From assembly GCA_944383915.1 (NCBI GenBank), contig CALWRJ010000010.1:3099-67098 (forward strand): a stretch of DNA of 64,000 bases. The letters run 5' to 3'. Positions 38,272-47,900 of the stretch are shown here, in pieces. The notes beneath the pieces are model-generated. The model saw nothing but the letters and a program-made list of their open reading frames with translations. It did no database searches and was not told the origin of the DNA. The stretch is from an uncultured Clostridia bacterium (lineage in GTDB: Bacteria; Bacillota; Clostridia; Christensenellales; UBA1242). The number at the start of each line of letters is the position of its first letter. Position 1 is the first letter of the stretch. The position numbers and the translations under genes were made by a program.

Positions 38272-38328
38272 CAACTGTCAACTAGATTATATAAAAACAA
38301 AATAAATTTTTAATCATATTGATTTATA

Positions 38329-38357
38329 TTGACAAAATCTTATTTAATTTATATAAT
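38329..38357 (+). promoter_or_regulatory. Consensus sigma-A promoter of the MetRS-like gene
   Basis: TTGACA, 17 nt spacer, TATAAT. No T-box-sized leader is present (35 nt to the ATG). Confidence 0.6.
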
Positions 38358-38392
38358 TAGGTTATTATTTTGGTAGAATAGATGAGGTAAAA

Positions 38393-40327
38393 ATGGAAAG
38401 AAAATTGCCAAAAAAAGTTGTTATTACTGCTGGTATGCCTAATGGTAACAAGGGGTTACATTTAGGGCATATTGGTCTTTTTATTTGGGCTGATTTTTAT
38501 GCTAGATTTATGCGTGATAGAATAGGGGCTGAAAATGTTTTGTTCTTTTCTGGAACAGACGGTTTCGGCTCATCTACTGATGAAAAATACCGCAAACTGA
38601 AAGAGGCGGGGGAGATTGATTCAACGCTTTCAGAATATGTTAAGCACTTTCACGATATCCAAGAAAATACTTTAAAAGACTACAATATTTCGGTTACAAG
38701 ATTTTATGCATCTTGTTTAGAGCCTGCGTTTCCAAATCATAAAGAAATTTCAGCATATTTTTTTGAAAAAATGCTCAAAAATGGCAAGATGCAAAAAAAA
38801 AGCACACAGCAATTTTACGATGAAAAATTAAAGCTCGTCCTTAATGGAAGGCAGGTAGAAGGCAAGTGTCCAATCGAGGGGTGCAAGTCCGAAGTTGGAT
38901 ACGCGGACGAGTGTTCTCTTGGTCACCAATATAATCCGTGCGACCTAATAGAACCTAAAAGCACTCTTTCTGGCACTACTCCATCATTTCGCGATATTAC
39001 AAACTACTATTTTTCTTTAGATGAGTATCGCGAAATTTTAAATAATATGGCAAACGAAATTAAAGAGCGCCCAAATACTCACAAGTTTTTGGTAAAAGAG
39101 ATGAAAGATTATCTGGTTAGGCCTGCTATTTATGTAGCTAAAGAACAAAAAGATTCGCTTGAAAAAATTTCGTTTACTACTAATTTCGAGAAGCGTTACG
39201 ATGAGAAAAAAGAGCGCTTTGAGTTGTTATTTAATAGTATAATTGATAGAGATAAGGCTTGCGACCTTTTACGCGATAACGGTATCCATTATACGACAAA
39301 CAAGGCTCTTGCCCCATTAAGAATAACAGGAAATTCTCCTTGGGGTGTACCTGTGCCACAAATAGAGCCTGAAACAAAGGATTTAACCTTTTATGTTTGG
39401 CCTGAATCACTTTGGGCGCCCATTTCATTTACTAAAACTTATCTAAACGAAGCAAACGATGGGCAAGTTTGGCAAGATTGGTGGTGTAGTCCTGAAAATG
39501 AGATTACACAGTTTATAGGCGAGGACAATATTTATTTTTACGCGCTTGCTGAACCTGCTATGTTTATGGCGGTTAATGGTGATGAAAAGCAAAATGATGA
39601 TGATTTGCAAATGCCTAATATTATTGCAAACAAACACATTTTGCTCAATGGTTTAAAAGCGAGTAGCAGTGGTGCGTTTAAAGCACCAATGGCAGATGAT
39701 TTGCTTAAATATTACACCGCGGAACAACTTCGTTGCCACTATTTAGGAATGAATGTAAACAATACGGCGTATAACTTTAAATCAAAGGCCTTTTTCCCCG
39801 ATGATTTTCAAAATACAGGTGACCCTGTGGTAGCGCAAGGAAATTTATTAACAAATATTTTTAATCGCATCGTGCGCTCGGTGTTATACAGTATTCAAAC
39901 TCTATTTAATGGGGAAATTCCTGAACTTTTGCCAACTGATGAAGTTATTCAAGAAGCAAATGATATAGTTAAAAAATATGAAGAAAAAGCGCTTGACTTT
40001 AAATTTAACGAAATAATTATTTTGCTTGACGAATATTTTCGCAAGGCAAATCAAGATTGGTCTGTGCGCTCAAAATCTCAGGACCAAGAAGTTAAAAAAC
40101 AATTAATTGCTGACACAATTCATATAATTAAAACAGGACTTTTACTTATTCACCCAATAGCTCCTAAAGGGGCAGATTTGGTTGCTGAATATTTAAAAGC
40201 GGACGAAAAGTTATATAATTGGAATAATGTTTCAAAAACTTTTGCTGAAATGTATCCAAGCGTTAAATCATTTAAATTTTTAGAGCCCAAATTCGACTTT
40301 TTTAAAAAGCATCCAAGCCAATTATGA
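38393..40327 (+). CDS. metG: Methionyl-tRNA synthetase-like class I aaRS (E. coli-type core, no C-terminal tRNA-binding appendix)
   Basis: HIGH motif as PNGNKGLHLGH. Zinc knuckle CPIEGC...ECSLGH followed by LIEPKS. The KMSKS position reads LKASSSGAF. Confidence 0.7.
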   Translation: MERKLPKKVVITAGMPNGNKGLHLGHIGLFIWADFYARFMRDRIGAENVLFFSGTDGFGSSTDEKYRKLKEAGEIDSTLSEYVKHFHDIQENTLKDYNISVTRFYASCLEPAFPNHKEISAYFFEKMLKNGKMQKKSTQQFYDEKLKLVLNGRQVEGKCPIEGCKSEVGYADECSLGHQYNPCDLIEPKSTLSGTTPSFRDITNYYFSLDEYREILNNMANEIKERPNTHKFLVKEMKDYLVRPAIYVAKEQKDSLEKISFTTNFEKRYDEKKERFELLFNSIIDRDKACDLLRDNGIHYTTNKALAPLRITGNSPWGVPVPQIEPETKDLTFYVWPESLWAPISFTKTYLNEANDGQVWQDWWCSPENEITQFIGEDNIYFYALAEPAMFMAVNGDEKQNDDDLQMPNIIANKHILLNGLKASSSGAFKAPMADDLLKYYTAEQLRCHYLGMNVNNTAYNFKSKAFFPDDFQNTGDPVVAQGNLLTNIFNRIVRSVLYSIQTLFNGEIPELLPTDEVIQEANDIVKKYEEKALDFKFNEIIILLDEYFRKANQDWSVRSKSQDQEVKKQLIADTIHIIKTGLLLIHPIAPKGADLVAEYLKADEKLYNWNNVSKTFAEMYPSVKSFKFLEPKFDFFKKHPSQL

Positions 40328-40589
40328 TATGGAAAAGTTTTTGTACAAATTTGTTATATTAGAATAATTTGCTAAAAATATTAAAAATATTTATTCTTTA
40401 AATAAAACCGTAGGTAAAAGACTAACTCTTTTGAAACTAGTAAAAATAAAATAAGAATTCTATCTAATTTAAATTAAATTTTAAATATTGATATAGTTCT
40501 TTTTTTGCTCGTTTAAAAATGGATTAACATTGTATTTTATTGATTGCTTTTTATTTATAATTATGATATCCTAAATATTAGGAGAAAAA

Positions 40590-41297
40590 ATGGCAGAATA
40601 TAAAACATTTGAAAACGATAGTTTTAGAATAGAATATCCAATAGATTTAGAAAATTTTACGCAATTTTCAGTTAAAAATGCTATGGATAGTATTGAAAAA
40701 CTTAAGATGCTATTTAAAACAAACGAAATCCTAAAACTCAATGCAAATTTTTTTGATATTAAAGAAGATTTCGTTAAATTCATAAAGCAATATTCAACAG
40801 AAGAAATACCAGATTGGGTGAGGGGTTGTTTTTATAATGATGGAATACAGCTTTATGTAGACAAAAATAGTAGTTATCAGTTAGAGAGAATGAAATATAC
40901 TTTACTACACGAAACAGCGCATTTATATTTTAATAATTTTATTTATGATAAATATAATATTAATAGAATTTGTTGGTTTGATGAGGCTTATGCTAACTAT
41001 TTAGATAAATGCCCAAGGGATATAAAAAAAATTTTACAAACGTTAGAATTGCCTCTTGATTTCGATATGAGTAGTTTATCTAGTCCAAAAAGTGATGCTT
41101 ATGGTGCATTTAATTTGATAGGATATTACATTTTTTCAACGCATCAAGAGAAAGAATTACTAAATCTTTTAATTAAAGATAGCGAACAAATAAGAGAAAT
41201 GGGTAAAACAATTTTGAAAAAATCAGTAGACTATATCAAAAACGAAAAAATTAGTTCAGTTGAAATAGATGATGCAGAATTAGAAAATAGCAGATAA
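40590..41297 (+). CDS. Hypothetical protein with an HExxH zinc-peptidase-like motif
   Basis: LLHETAHLYF, with downstream FDEAYANY as a possible third ligand Glu. Confidence 0.35.
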   Translation: MAEYKTFENDSFRIEYPIDLENFTQFSVKNAMDSIEKLKMLFKTNEILKLNANFFDIKEDFVKFIKQYSTEEIPDWVRGCFYNDGIQLYVDKNSSYQLERMKYTLLHETAHLYFNNFIYDKYNINRICWFDEAYANYLDKCPRDIKKILQTLELPLDFDMSSLSSPKSDAYGAFNLIGYYIFSTHQEKELLNLLIKDSEQIREMGKTILKKSVDYIKNEKISSVEIDDAELENSR

Positions 41298-41539
41298 ACT
41301 AAGCTTGTCTTGACACAAGTCGGTGTTGCTCCCCCGAGCGACAAGCAATCAAAATCAAGTTAAGTAATGTGAAAGAGCCAGTGCTGGTAAAAGCATTCGC
41401 ACACAACTCTTTAGCTTTTTATTTCTCTTTTTTAGTATAAACGAATACTCTTTGTTGTCAAGGTTAAAGTATTATAAAATTTACAAATGGGAAATTAGGA
41501 TAACAATTTGAGGTAACAGCAGATAAATAAGGGCTTTTC

Positions 41540-41572
41540 ATTAGTAACGTGGGTAGGATTTGAACCTACGAC
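41540..41572 (-). pseudogene. Degenerate copy of the 3' 30 nt of tRNA-fMet plus 3 nt of flank
   Basis: 30 of 33 identities to 41748-41780. A 22 nt T-arm core (41551-41572) is identical. CCA is mutated to CTA and the acceptor strand is broken. Confidence 0.7.
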
Positions 41573-41710
41573 AACAAGCGAAGGGGAATAGATTCTTGTA
41601 TATCTAACCCGAGTGCAGTTGTATGCTGCGAAGTCAGCATACATAAGGGGAGTAGGTTTAGCGTACGCAGTACGCAAAGAGCGAAGCGAAACAAAGACTA
41701 CACCCGCCAA

Positions 41711-41738
41711 AGAAAAGGAAAACACGGCATAAGCCGTG
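41711..41738 (-). terminator. Rho-independent terminator after tRNA-fMet
   Basis: On the minus strand: CACGGC-TTAT-GCCGTG followed by TTTTCCTTTTC. Confidence 0.7.
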
Positions 41739-41749
41739 CATAGTAAAAT

Positions 41750-41826
41750 TGGTAGCGGGGGTAGGATTTGAACCTACGACCTTTGGGTTATGAGCCCAAC
41801 GAGCTGCCGGACTGCTCTACCCCGCG
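41750..41826 (-). tRNA. Initiator tRNA-fMet (anticodon CAT), CCA encoded
   Basis: The reverse complement reads CGCGGGG...GGGCTCATAACCC...GTAGGTTCAAATCCTAC-CCCCGCT-ACCA. It has a C1:U72 mismatch and three G:C pairs closing the anticodon stem, both initiator hallmarks. Confidence 0.9.
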
Positions 41827-41836
41827 ATGTAATATT

Positions 41837-41866
41837 ACTATAACATAATTTATGTGGTATTGTCAA
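41837..41866 (-). promoter_or_regulatory. Promoter of tRNA-fMet
   Basis: On the minus strand: TTGACA (41866-41861), 18 nt spacer, TATAGT (41842-41837). Confidence 0.5.
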
Positions 41867-42019
41867 GAGTTATGCGCAATTTTTTCATATTTTTTACAAA
41901 TTTATGTGTTATCAAAATATTTTTAAACTTAATATAATAAAAATAGGTTAAATTTTACCGATATTTCCTTGCTTATATTTTGGTTATATGGTAAAATGAA
42001 AACCTACAAAAGTTGATAG

Positions 42020-42916
42020 GTGAATGAATTTATGGGTGCAAAATCTAGTGAAGTTGAAAAGTGTTTGTCTAAACTAAATTTGTTACTTTCAAGTGGTCAG
42101 AGACTACAAGATGAGGATAAAAAAGCGAAACTTGAACTTGATAGTGCTTTGCGTAGACTTCATGCACAAAAAATAAATGGTAGAATTAGTAAGGAAGAAT
42201 TACATAAAAATCTTGAATACGAATTACAAGACTTTTTCGTTAATTGTGAGTCATTAAATAAAAACCAAGCACAAATTCTTGGAGAAAGAGCAAATTTAGA
42301 AGCGTATTTGTTTGAAAATTGCCAATTTAAAAGTTCGTCAATTACAAAATATCTTGCTTCTGTTTTAACAAAAGAAACAAAAAACGAGTGGTTACCAATT
42401 CGCTATTTAATTGCGCAACAAAGCGGTAATTCTTGGCAAAAAGAGGCTTATGGCATAGTTCTTTCTGAGGCGATATTTAGTATTGAAAATATAACTGATT
42501 GTATTACGCTTTTAAATACGCCTCAATATGTGCCAATTGACCGTTTTAATATTAAGTATACCGAAAAAAACCATCCAGAAATAACTATTTACGATGAAGC
42601 ACATGCAAAAAATATGCAAAATATTTGGTTTTTAGGAAGTTATAATTTTTTATCTATTTCAAGCAATAAAAATTATAATGCCTTATATGATTTAAATGAT
42701 ATCAAAACTAAACCTTTTCTACATATGCCACTTAGTGACGCATCTCAAAAAGTGCTTAAAAAATTAAATAGTGAGTATCCTCTTTATAGTAATTACTCAA
42801 CTCCTTCTTTATCACCAAATCACCCAAGAATGATTGCGCTAAACGCAATAAATAATTTAATTGATAACAGAATGAATAATCAAAAATACGAGCAAATAGT
42901 AGTAAGAGATAGGTAA
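42020..42916 (+). CDS. Hypothetical protein (the start could be ATG 42032)
   Basis: 298 aa ORF with an N-terminal coiled-coil-like region. No motif recognised. Confidence 0.4.
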   Translation: MNEFMGAKSSEVEKCLSKLNLLLSSGQRLQDEDKKAKLELDSALRRLHAQKINGRISKEELHKNLEYELQDFFVNCESLNKNQAQILGERANLEAYLFENCQFKSSSITKYLASVLTKETKNEWLPIRYLIAQQSGNSWQKEAYGIVLSEAIFSIENITDCITLLNTPQYVPIDRFNIKYTEKNHPEITIYDEAHAKNMQNIWFLGSYNFLSISSNKNYNALYDLNDIKTKPFLHMPLSDASQKVLKKLNSEYPLYSNYSTPSLSPNHPRMIALNAINNLIDNRMNNQKYEQIVVRDR

Positions 42917-42994
42917 AAGCCTATCTTTTTTAATATTTTAATAAAATTTACTTAAAAAAGCATAAATAATAAAAAATTTGTCTATATTTTTAAT

Positions 42995-43522
42995 ATGGAA
43001 ATTTTTAGAGGATATGCGTTTTCAACGCGAACAGTTGATGCTTTATCAAACGCATTAAAAAATGAATTTTTGGACAAGCAACCAGTTTTCCTTTGTTTAG
43101 GTACTGATAGAATTGTTGGCGATTGTCTTGCGCCATTAACTGCTGATATTATGCGCCAGCGAAAACTGCCATTTTATATTTATGGTGGACTTAATGCACC
43201 AATAACTGCAAAAAATTGCGAATTTGCGTGTGATTTTATAAGAGTTATGCATCCAAATTCGTTGCTAGTATTAATTGATAGTATGGCAACGCGTACGCAA
43301 GCAAATCTTGGTGATATAGTTGTAAATAATGATTATTTTGGTGCTATTAATGCTTTAAAAATACAGCCAGATTTGTGCATTTATGGCGTAGTGTCTATGC
43401 TAAAAAATAACTTATTAAATTGTGCTCGTTTGCGAAATGTTGAGTATATTGCTCGAGTTATCTCTAACGCGATAGAAAATGCTTTAAGCAATTCACAAAA
43501 AGAATATATCGAAGTGAAATAG
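42995..43522 (+). CDS. yyaC: Spore protease YyaC (GPR-like endopeptidase family)
   Basis: CLGTDRIVGDCLAPL, typical of YyaC (GTDRxxGDxLxP). Confidence 0.7.
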   Translation: MEIFRGYAFSTRTVDALSNALKNEFLDKQPVFLCLGTDRIVGDCLAPLTADIMRQRKLPFYIYGGLNAPITAKNCEFACDFIRVMHPNSLLVLIDSMATRTQANLGDIVVNNDYFGAINALKIQPDLCIYGVVSMLKNNLLNCARLRNVEYIARVISNAIENALSNSQKEYIEVK

Positions 43523-43795
43523 TTAAGTTATGCCAAACCAGCGTTTTTCGTTAGGATAAGAATAACCATTTTTTCGCGCCTCACTTTCTTGATACTCTTT
43601 TGATGAAACAATTTCAAGTGTTGCTTCTGCGTTCTCAATCTCTATTGCTAATTCTGTTTGCCTTTCTTTTAGCGATGCAAGTTCTTGTTTTTTGCCAGCG
43701 AGAATTATAAATTGATAAACTAAAATGACTAGTAAAATTAATGCTAGTAAAAAAATCCCGCACAAGATTAAATTTGATTTTTTAAAAAGTTTCAT
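43523..43795 (-). CDS. divIC: Septum formation initiator, FtsB/DivIC family
   Basis: Start moved to ATG 43795 with RBS AAGGAGTG. One TM helix plus a coiled coil. Follows yabP-yabQ as in Bacillus. Confidence 0.6.
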   Translation of the reverse strand: MKLFKKSNLILCGIFLLALILLVILVYQFIILAGKKQELASLKERQTELAIEIENAEATLEIVSSKEYQESEARKNGYSYPNEKRWFGIT

Positions 43796-43875
43796 TTTGC
43801 ACTCCTTATAAAAATTTAGCGAAAATTGTTGCATAGTACTTATTTTTTGTCGTAAAAACGCAAAAAATTGCAGTA

Positions 43876-44349
43876 TTATGCAACTTTTTCAATATCTGCG
43901 CCTTTGTGCGCTTTTCTATTATACACTATATTTTTTATCTTTTTTATAAGCCCGACAAAAATAGTGCGTTCTGTAATAAAACCTACAATAAATGCTAAAA
44001 TTAAATATAATCTTGTATCGCCATAATTTACAAGTAATGTTGTTATAAAAAATATTGCAAAATTAAGTAAAACTCTAAATATATCACGAATGCATAATAA
44101 TGTATTTTTAAAAAATTTAGTTTTTGGCTTATTTTTTTCTTTATTATTAGGGGCTTGAGTAATAAATTCTATTTTTTTATTAATTTCTAAACTATTTTTA
44201 GTGTTTTTTTCGTTTTGTATGGTTTGTTTATTTGTCTTTTTTATCCAATAGGGCAATACACGCCAAATTTCATCTAGTAACGCAGAACAAAAACCAATAT
44301 AGAGTAAAAATAAAAATATCCAGCCCTGTCCTACGGCTTCAAATAACAT
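43876..44349 (-). CDS. yabQ: Spore cortex biosynthesis protein, YabQ-like
   Basis: Small multi-TM protein with a start overlapping the yabP stop. The call is mainly positional. Confidence 0.5.
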   Translation of the reverse strand: MLFEAVGQGWIFLFLLYIGFCSALLDEIWRVLPYWIKKTNKQTIQNEKNTKNSLEINKKIEFITQAPNNKEKNKPKTKFFKNTLLCIRDIFRVLLNFAIFFITTLLVNYGDTRLYLILAFIVGFITERTIFVGLIKKIKNIVYNRKAHKGADIEKVA

Positions 44350-44633
44350 TATTTAAATATCCTTTTTAATAAACTTTTCTTTTCTTGTGCATATTCAAAT
44401 TTATCTATATCACCAACAAGTTCTACAACTCCTTCCGTTGTGTCAAGTTTTTTAACACTTAAATTTTGTCCTGAGATATGCAATGCTGTGTTCATTACGA
44501 TACATTGAAAATGAGTCGGTGTGGCGGTATCTGCCTTTTGTACGCCTGTTATACAAATATTTTTACGATTTTCACAAATTATCTTATGATTTTTATGCTT
44601 TAAGCTAATAGCATCGGTTTGATTTTGTTCCAT
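44349..44633 (-). CDS. yabP: Sporulation protein YabP
   Basis: 94 aa with a YabP pattern (ITGV..A...P..F.........L.ISG.NL.VKKLD...G.VEL.G.ID). Confidence 0.65.
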   Translation of the reverse strand: MEQNQTDAISLKHKNHKIICENRKNICITGVQKADTATPTHFQCIVMNTALHISGQNLSVKKLDTTEGVVELVGDIDKFEYAQEKKSLLKRIFK

Positions 44634-44845
44634 AATTACCTCCGCTAAAATATATGTTATAAGTTTTTAATTAATGCAAGGCAGTATAATTAAATTTTAT
44701 TTAAATCATTTTTTAATATTTATTGTTTTAGTTGCATACCATATATTAAATAAAAGATAATATTATATGACAAAAAATTATTTTATTTTTAAAAAATTCG
44801 CGAAAAATAAACATAAATTAACACAAAATAATTAATTTTATATGA

Positions 44846-44878
44846 GTTATCCACTTTTCCACAGGCTTTGTGGATAAC
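44846..44878. promoter_or_regulatory. Cluster of three DnaA-box-like 9-mers forming a 9 bp-stem inverted repeat
   Basis: TTATCCACT (44847-44855), TTTTCCACA (44855-44863), and TGTGGATAA (44869-44877), which is the perfect complement of TTATCCACA. Confidence 0.55.
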
Positions 44879-44948
44879 TTTTAACTAAAAAAGCACCTAA
44901 ACTTATGTAATAATCCATAAATTTAAGTGCTTGTTTTGTTAATTAATC

Positions 44949-47900
44949 TTATTTTTTAGTATTTTTAGTTGTTTTTTCTTTTGATTTTATTTTTATAGTA
45001 CGATTGCGTGGCTTTGTTTCTGCCTGTGCATTTTTTAATGCCATATATTTTGCTTTATTCTTTTCTGCCGTTTTTGCGATAGTATTAATAACTTTCGTTT
45101 TACTGAGCCACCAATCACGACTCCACACACGCAAAATATCCCAACCACGCGCTTTCAAGAAAGTAGGTCGGTAGACATCGCGTTCAAGTAGAGAGTCAGA
45201 TGAATGATATGCTGTATAATCACATTCGATACCGATGAGATATCTTTCTAGAGTTTTGTCATAAATACCAAGTGAAATTTTATAATCAGCATTTCCAAGA
45301 TGTGTATAAACTTTGTAACCAAGTTTTTCAAGTTCAACTTTTATTTTTTGCTCTAAATCGTTAGTAATTAATTGTTTTGCAGGCTGTTCTGGTAGTGATA
45401 AAGCTTTTTCTAGAATAATTTTAGTTTCTGTTTGGTTGCCGTTTGATACCGCGCGAGCATATTGTAGATAATTTTTGAAAATTTTAGGACCAGCATTTTT
45501 TGTGCCTTCTACATTCAATTCCTCAGGTTCAATACTAGTAACTACATAAATTTTTTCTTTTGCACGCGTAATTGCAACATTTAAGCGGTTTTCACCACCT
45601 TCGGTAGAAAGTGGACCAAAATGCGCTACGACTTTTCCATATTCATTTTGAGCATAACCTATACTAAATATTATAATATCGCGTTCATCACCTTGGACAT
45701 TTTCTAGGTTTTTAACAAAAATACTAATGTCCTCACCGTCTTCTTTTCGGTTTTGTTCTTTGATAAATTGTTCCCTAAAACGCGGGTTTTTGTTGCATTC
45801 GGTGTCTATTGCATCTTCAATAGCGCTTTCTTGCTCTGCATTAAAAGTAATTATTCCTATAGATTGCTTGTTTTTTCGTGTGTTAAAAATTTTCTTTAAT
45901 AAGTCAACGACTGCTTGCGCTTCGGCAAGATTTTTGCGGTTTATCCATTTACCGTCAACTTTAATTCGAGTAATTGGTCGACTGTTTTGCACTATATTTG
46001 GTGAAATTTCAAGACGCCCTTCGTAGAATGCGTTGTTTGAAAAGTTAATTAACTCTTCGCTCTTACTGCGGTAGTGATATGTTAAGTGCGCACTAGTGTA
46101 TCGAGTCATCGCTAAATCTAGTAAACTTTCTACTTCGAGTGCGGCCTGAGTGCTTAAATCAATATCGTCATCTTGGTCGTTACCTAAGTAGCGTTTCATA
46201 AATGTTGCTGTTGGGCGCAACTGCTTTGAGTCACCAGCAACAACTATATTTTTACCCCTAAAAATTACTGGGAGGGTGTTTTCGATAAATACCTGTGATG
46301 CTTCGTCAAATAATACTATATCAAAAAGATTGCGTATTAAAGGCATAATTGTGGACACGCCTTCGGGGCTTAAAAGCCAGCATGGGAATAGGGTGAACAT
46401 ATAATCGCCATAAACTTCCATAAATTTACGAATTGGCCACTGATTTTGCTGTTTTGAAATTTGATAAAGGAAGTTTTTGTTTTCAGGGTCTTTGTTAAAT
46501 TTTTCTTGATATTCGGTTTTAAATTTTTCGTCACACATAAGGCGCGATAATGCATTTTTCTCCGCAGTTAGCGAAATTATGCGGTTTTTCGCGTTTTCGT
46601 AGTCGATAATGTGCGCAAGTTCGTCTTTATGCTCGTCTTCTAGAATTGTAGTTTCGTGGTAAACACGAATATTTAGCAATTTTTCTAATGTTTCAAGGTA
46701 GTGCGCCTTCGTAGTTGTATTTTTATATGCAAAATTCAAAATAATTTTTTCAATGTCGTTTAGTTGAAGGAGCATAGCGTTAAGTTCGCGCGACTCAACA
46801 TAGTCATTTAACGCGTTTAAAAGAAGTCGAAGGTAAAGCATATTACCATTTAAAACATTATCAATCATCATTGCATAGCCTGTATCAGTTAAAACAGGTT
46901 TTAAAAATTTGAAGTCGCTGGTGTATTCCTCAATAGCAGAAATAATTTGTTCAAATTCCTGCTCGGTTTCTTTTTCGCGCTTATTCATAGCCATTTTAGC
47001 AAAAGGATACATAGGGAACAATACATAACTTGCTTTTAGTGTTTTTGTTGTAGTTGGATTTGAATCTTTTGCTACAAATTTCACCAAAGGCTTAATTTTT
47101 GTAACATCAAGATTGTTATCTAAATAATAAGAAATTAACTGCCTTGCGTGCGGATATTTGCTCATATCAAAGGGGGCAATGCGCTCCGAAAGTAATTTTT
47201 GAAGCATTGCTTTTGTTTGTGTAAGCGTGTGAAATTCAATGTCGGTTTTCAGGTTATCAATAAAGGGATTAGACTTTTTTGCTTCCAAAAATTTGTAGTA
47301 AAGTTCGGCTTTGTTCTTTTCTTTTATTAAGCGCAAGTTCTCGCTTATTTCTCGATAAGTAAGGGCAAGTAATTTTGGATTTTTAAGCATATTACGGTAA
47401 ATTGTGTAGTCGTAACTTGTCTTGCCTAGGACATAAGAATTTGTGTACATTTCTTGAAGGGTTAGTCCAAAAGGACGCGGGCTAAATAAACAATCACTAA
47501 TAGTTTGGAGTTCGGCTTTCTCGCGTGCGATTTTTTCCTCTATTTCATCATAATTTTTTTGTAAATACGATGGTTCCCACTCCATAATTTGTTGGTGTGT
47601 GGTGCGCACTCTATCATAAAAGCCATTTTTATTTTTTTCGGGGTCAATTAAGTACATCGCCTTATTGTTAAGAGTCCCAAGTCTATTAAATACAACATCA
47701 AGAGCGGCTTTTTTCTGTGAAACAACTAATACGCGTTTGTTTTTGCAAATTGCGTCAGTAATTGTGTTGACAATAGTTTGCGATTTACCTGTTCCTGGAG
47801 GGCCGTAGATTACAATATTACCGTATTTATTCAAATTTAAAATAGCATTTTGTTGCGCATAGTCGAGATTGCTTACAGTGTAAAGGTTTGTGTTGGGCTT

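Noticed and set aside
41495-41725. 76 aa minus-strand ORF
   Set aside because: It spans the tRNA-fMet 3' pseudo-copy and terminator, with no RBS. It is better explained as non-coding.
41540-41745. Possibility that the region is a tmRNA or an intron-containing tRNA (a T-arm-like 3' end plus a GGCGGGTGTAGTC-like 5' piece)
   Set aside because: No 5' strand complementary to the putative acceptor 3' strand (CCACGTT) is present. CCA reads CTA, no tag reading frame is visible, and 170 nt is too short for a group I intron. I kept it only as a tRNA-fragment observation.
44846-44878. Calling the DnaA-box cluster a replication origin
   Set aside because: Only three boxes are present, there is no dnaA or dnaN nearby, and no AT-rich unwinding element in a defined arrangement. 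It is reported as a DnaA-box cluster only.
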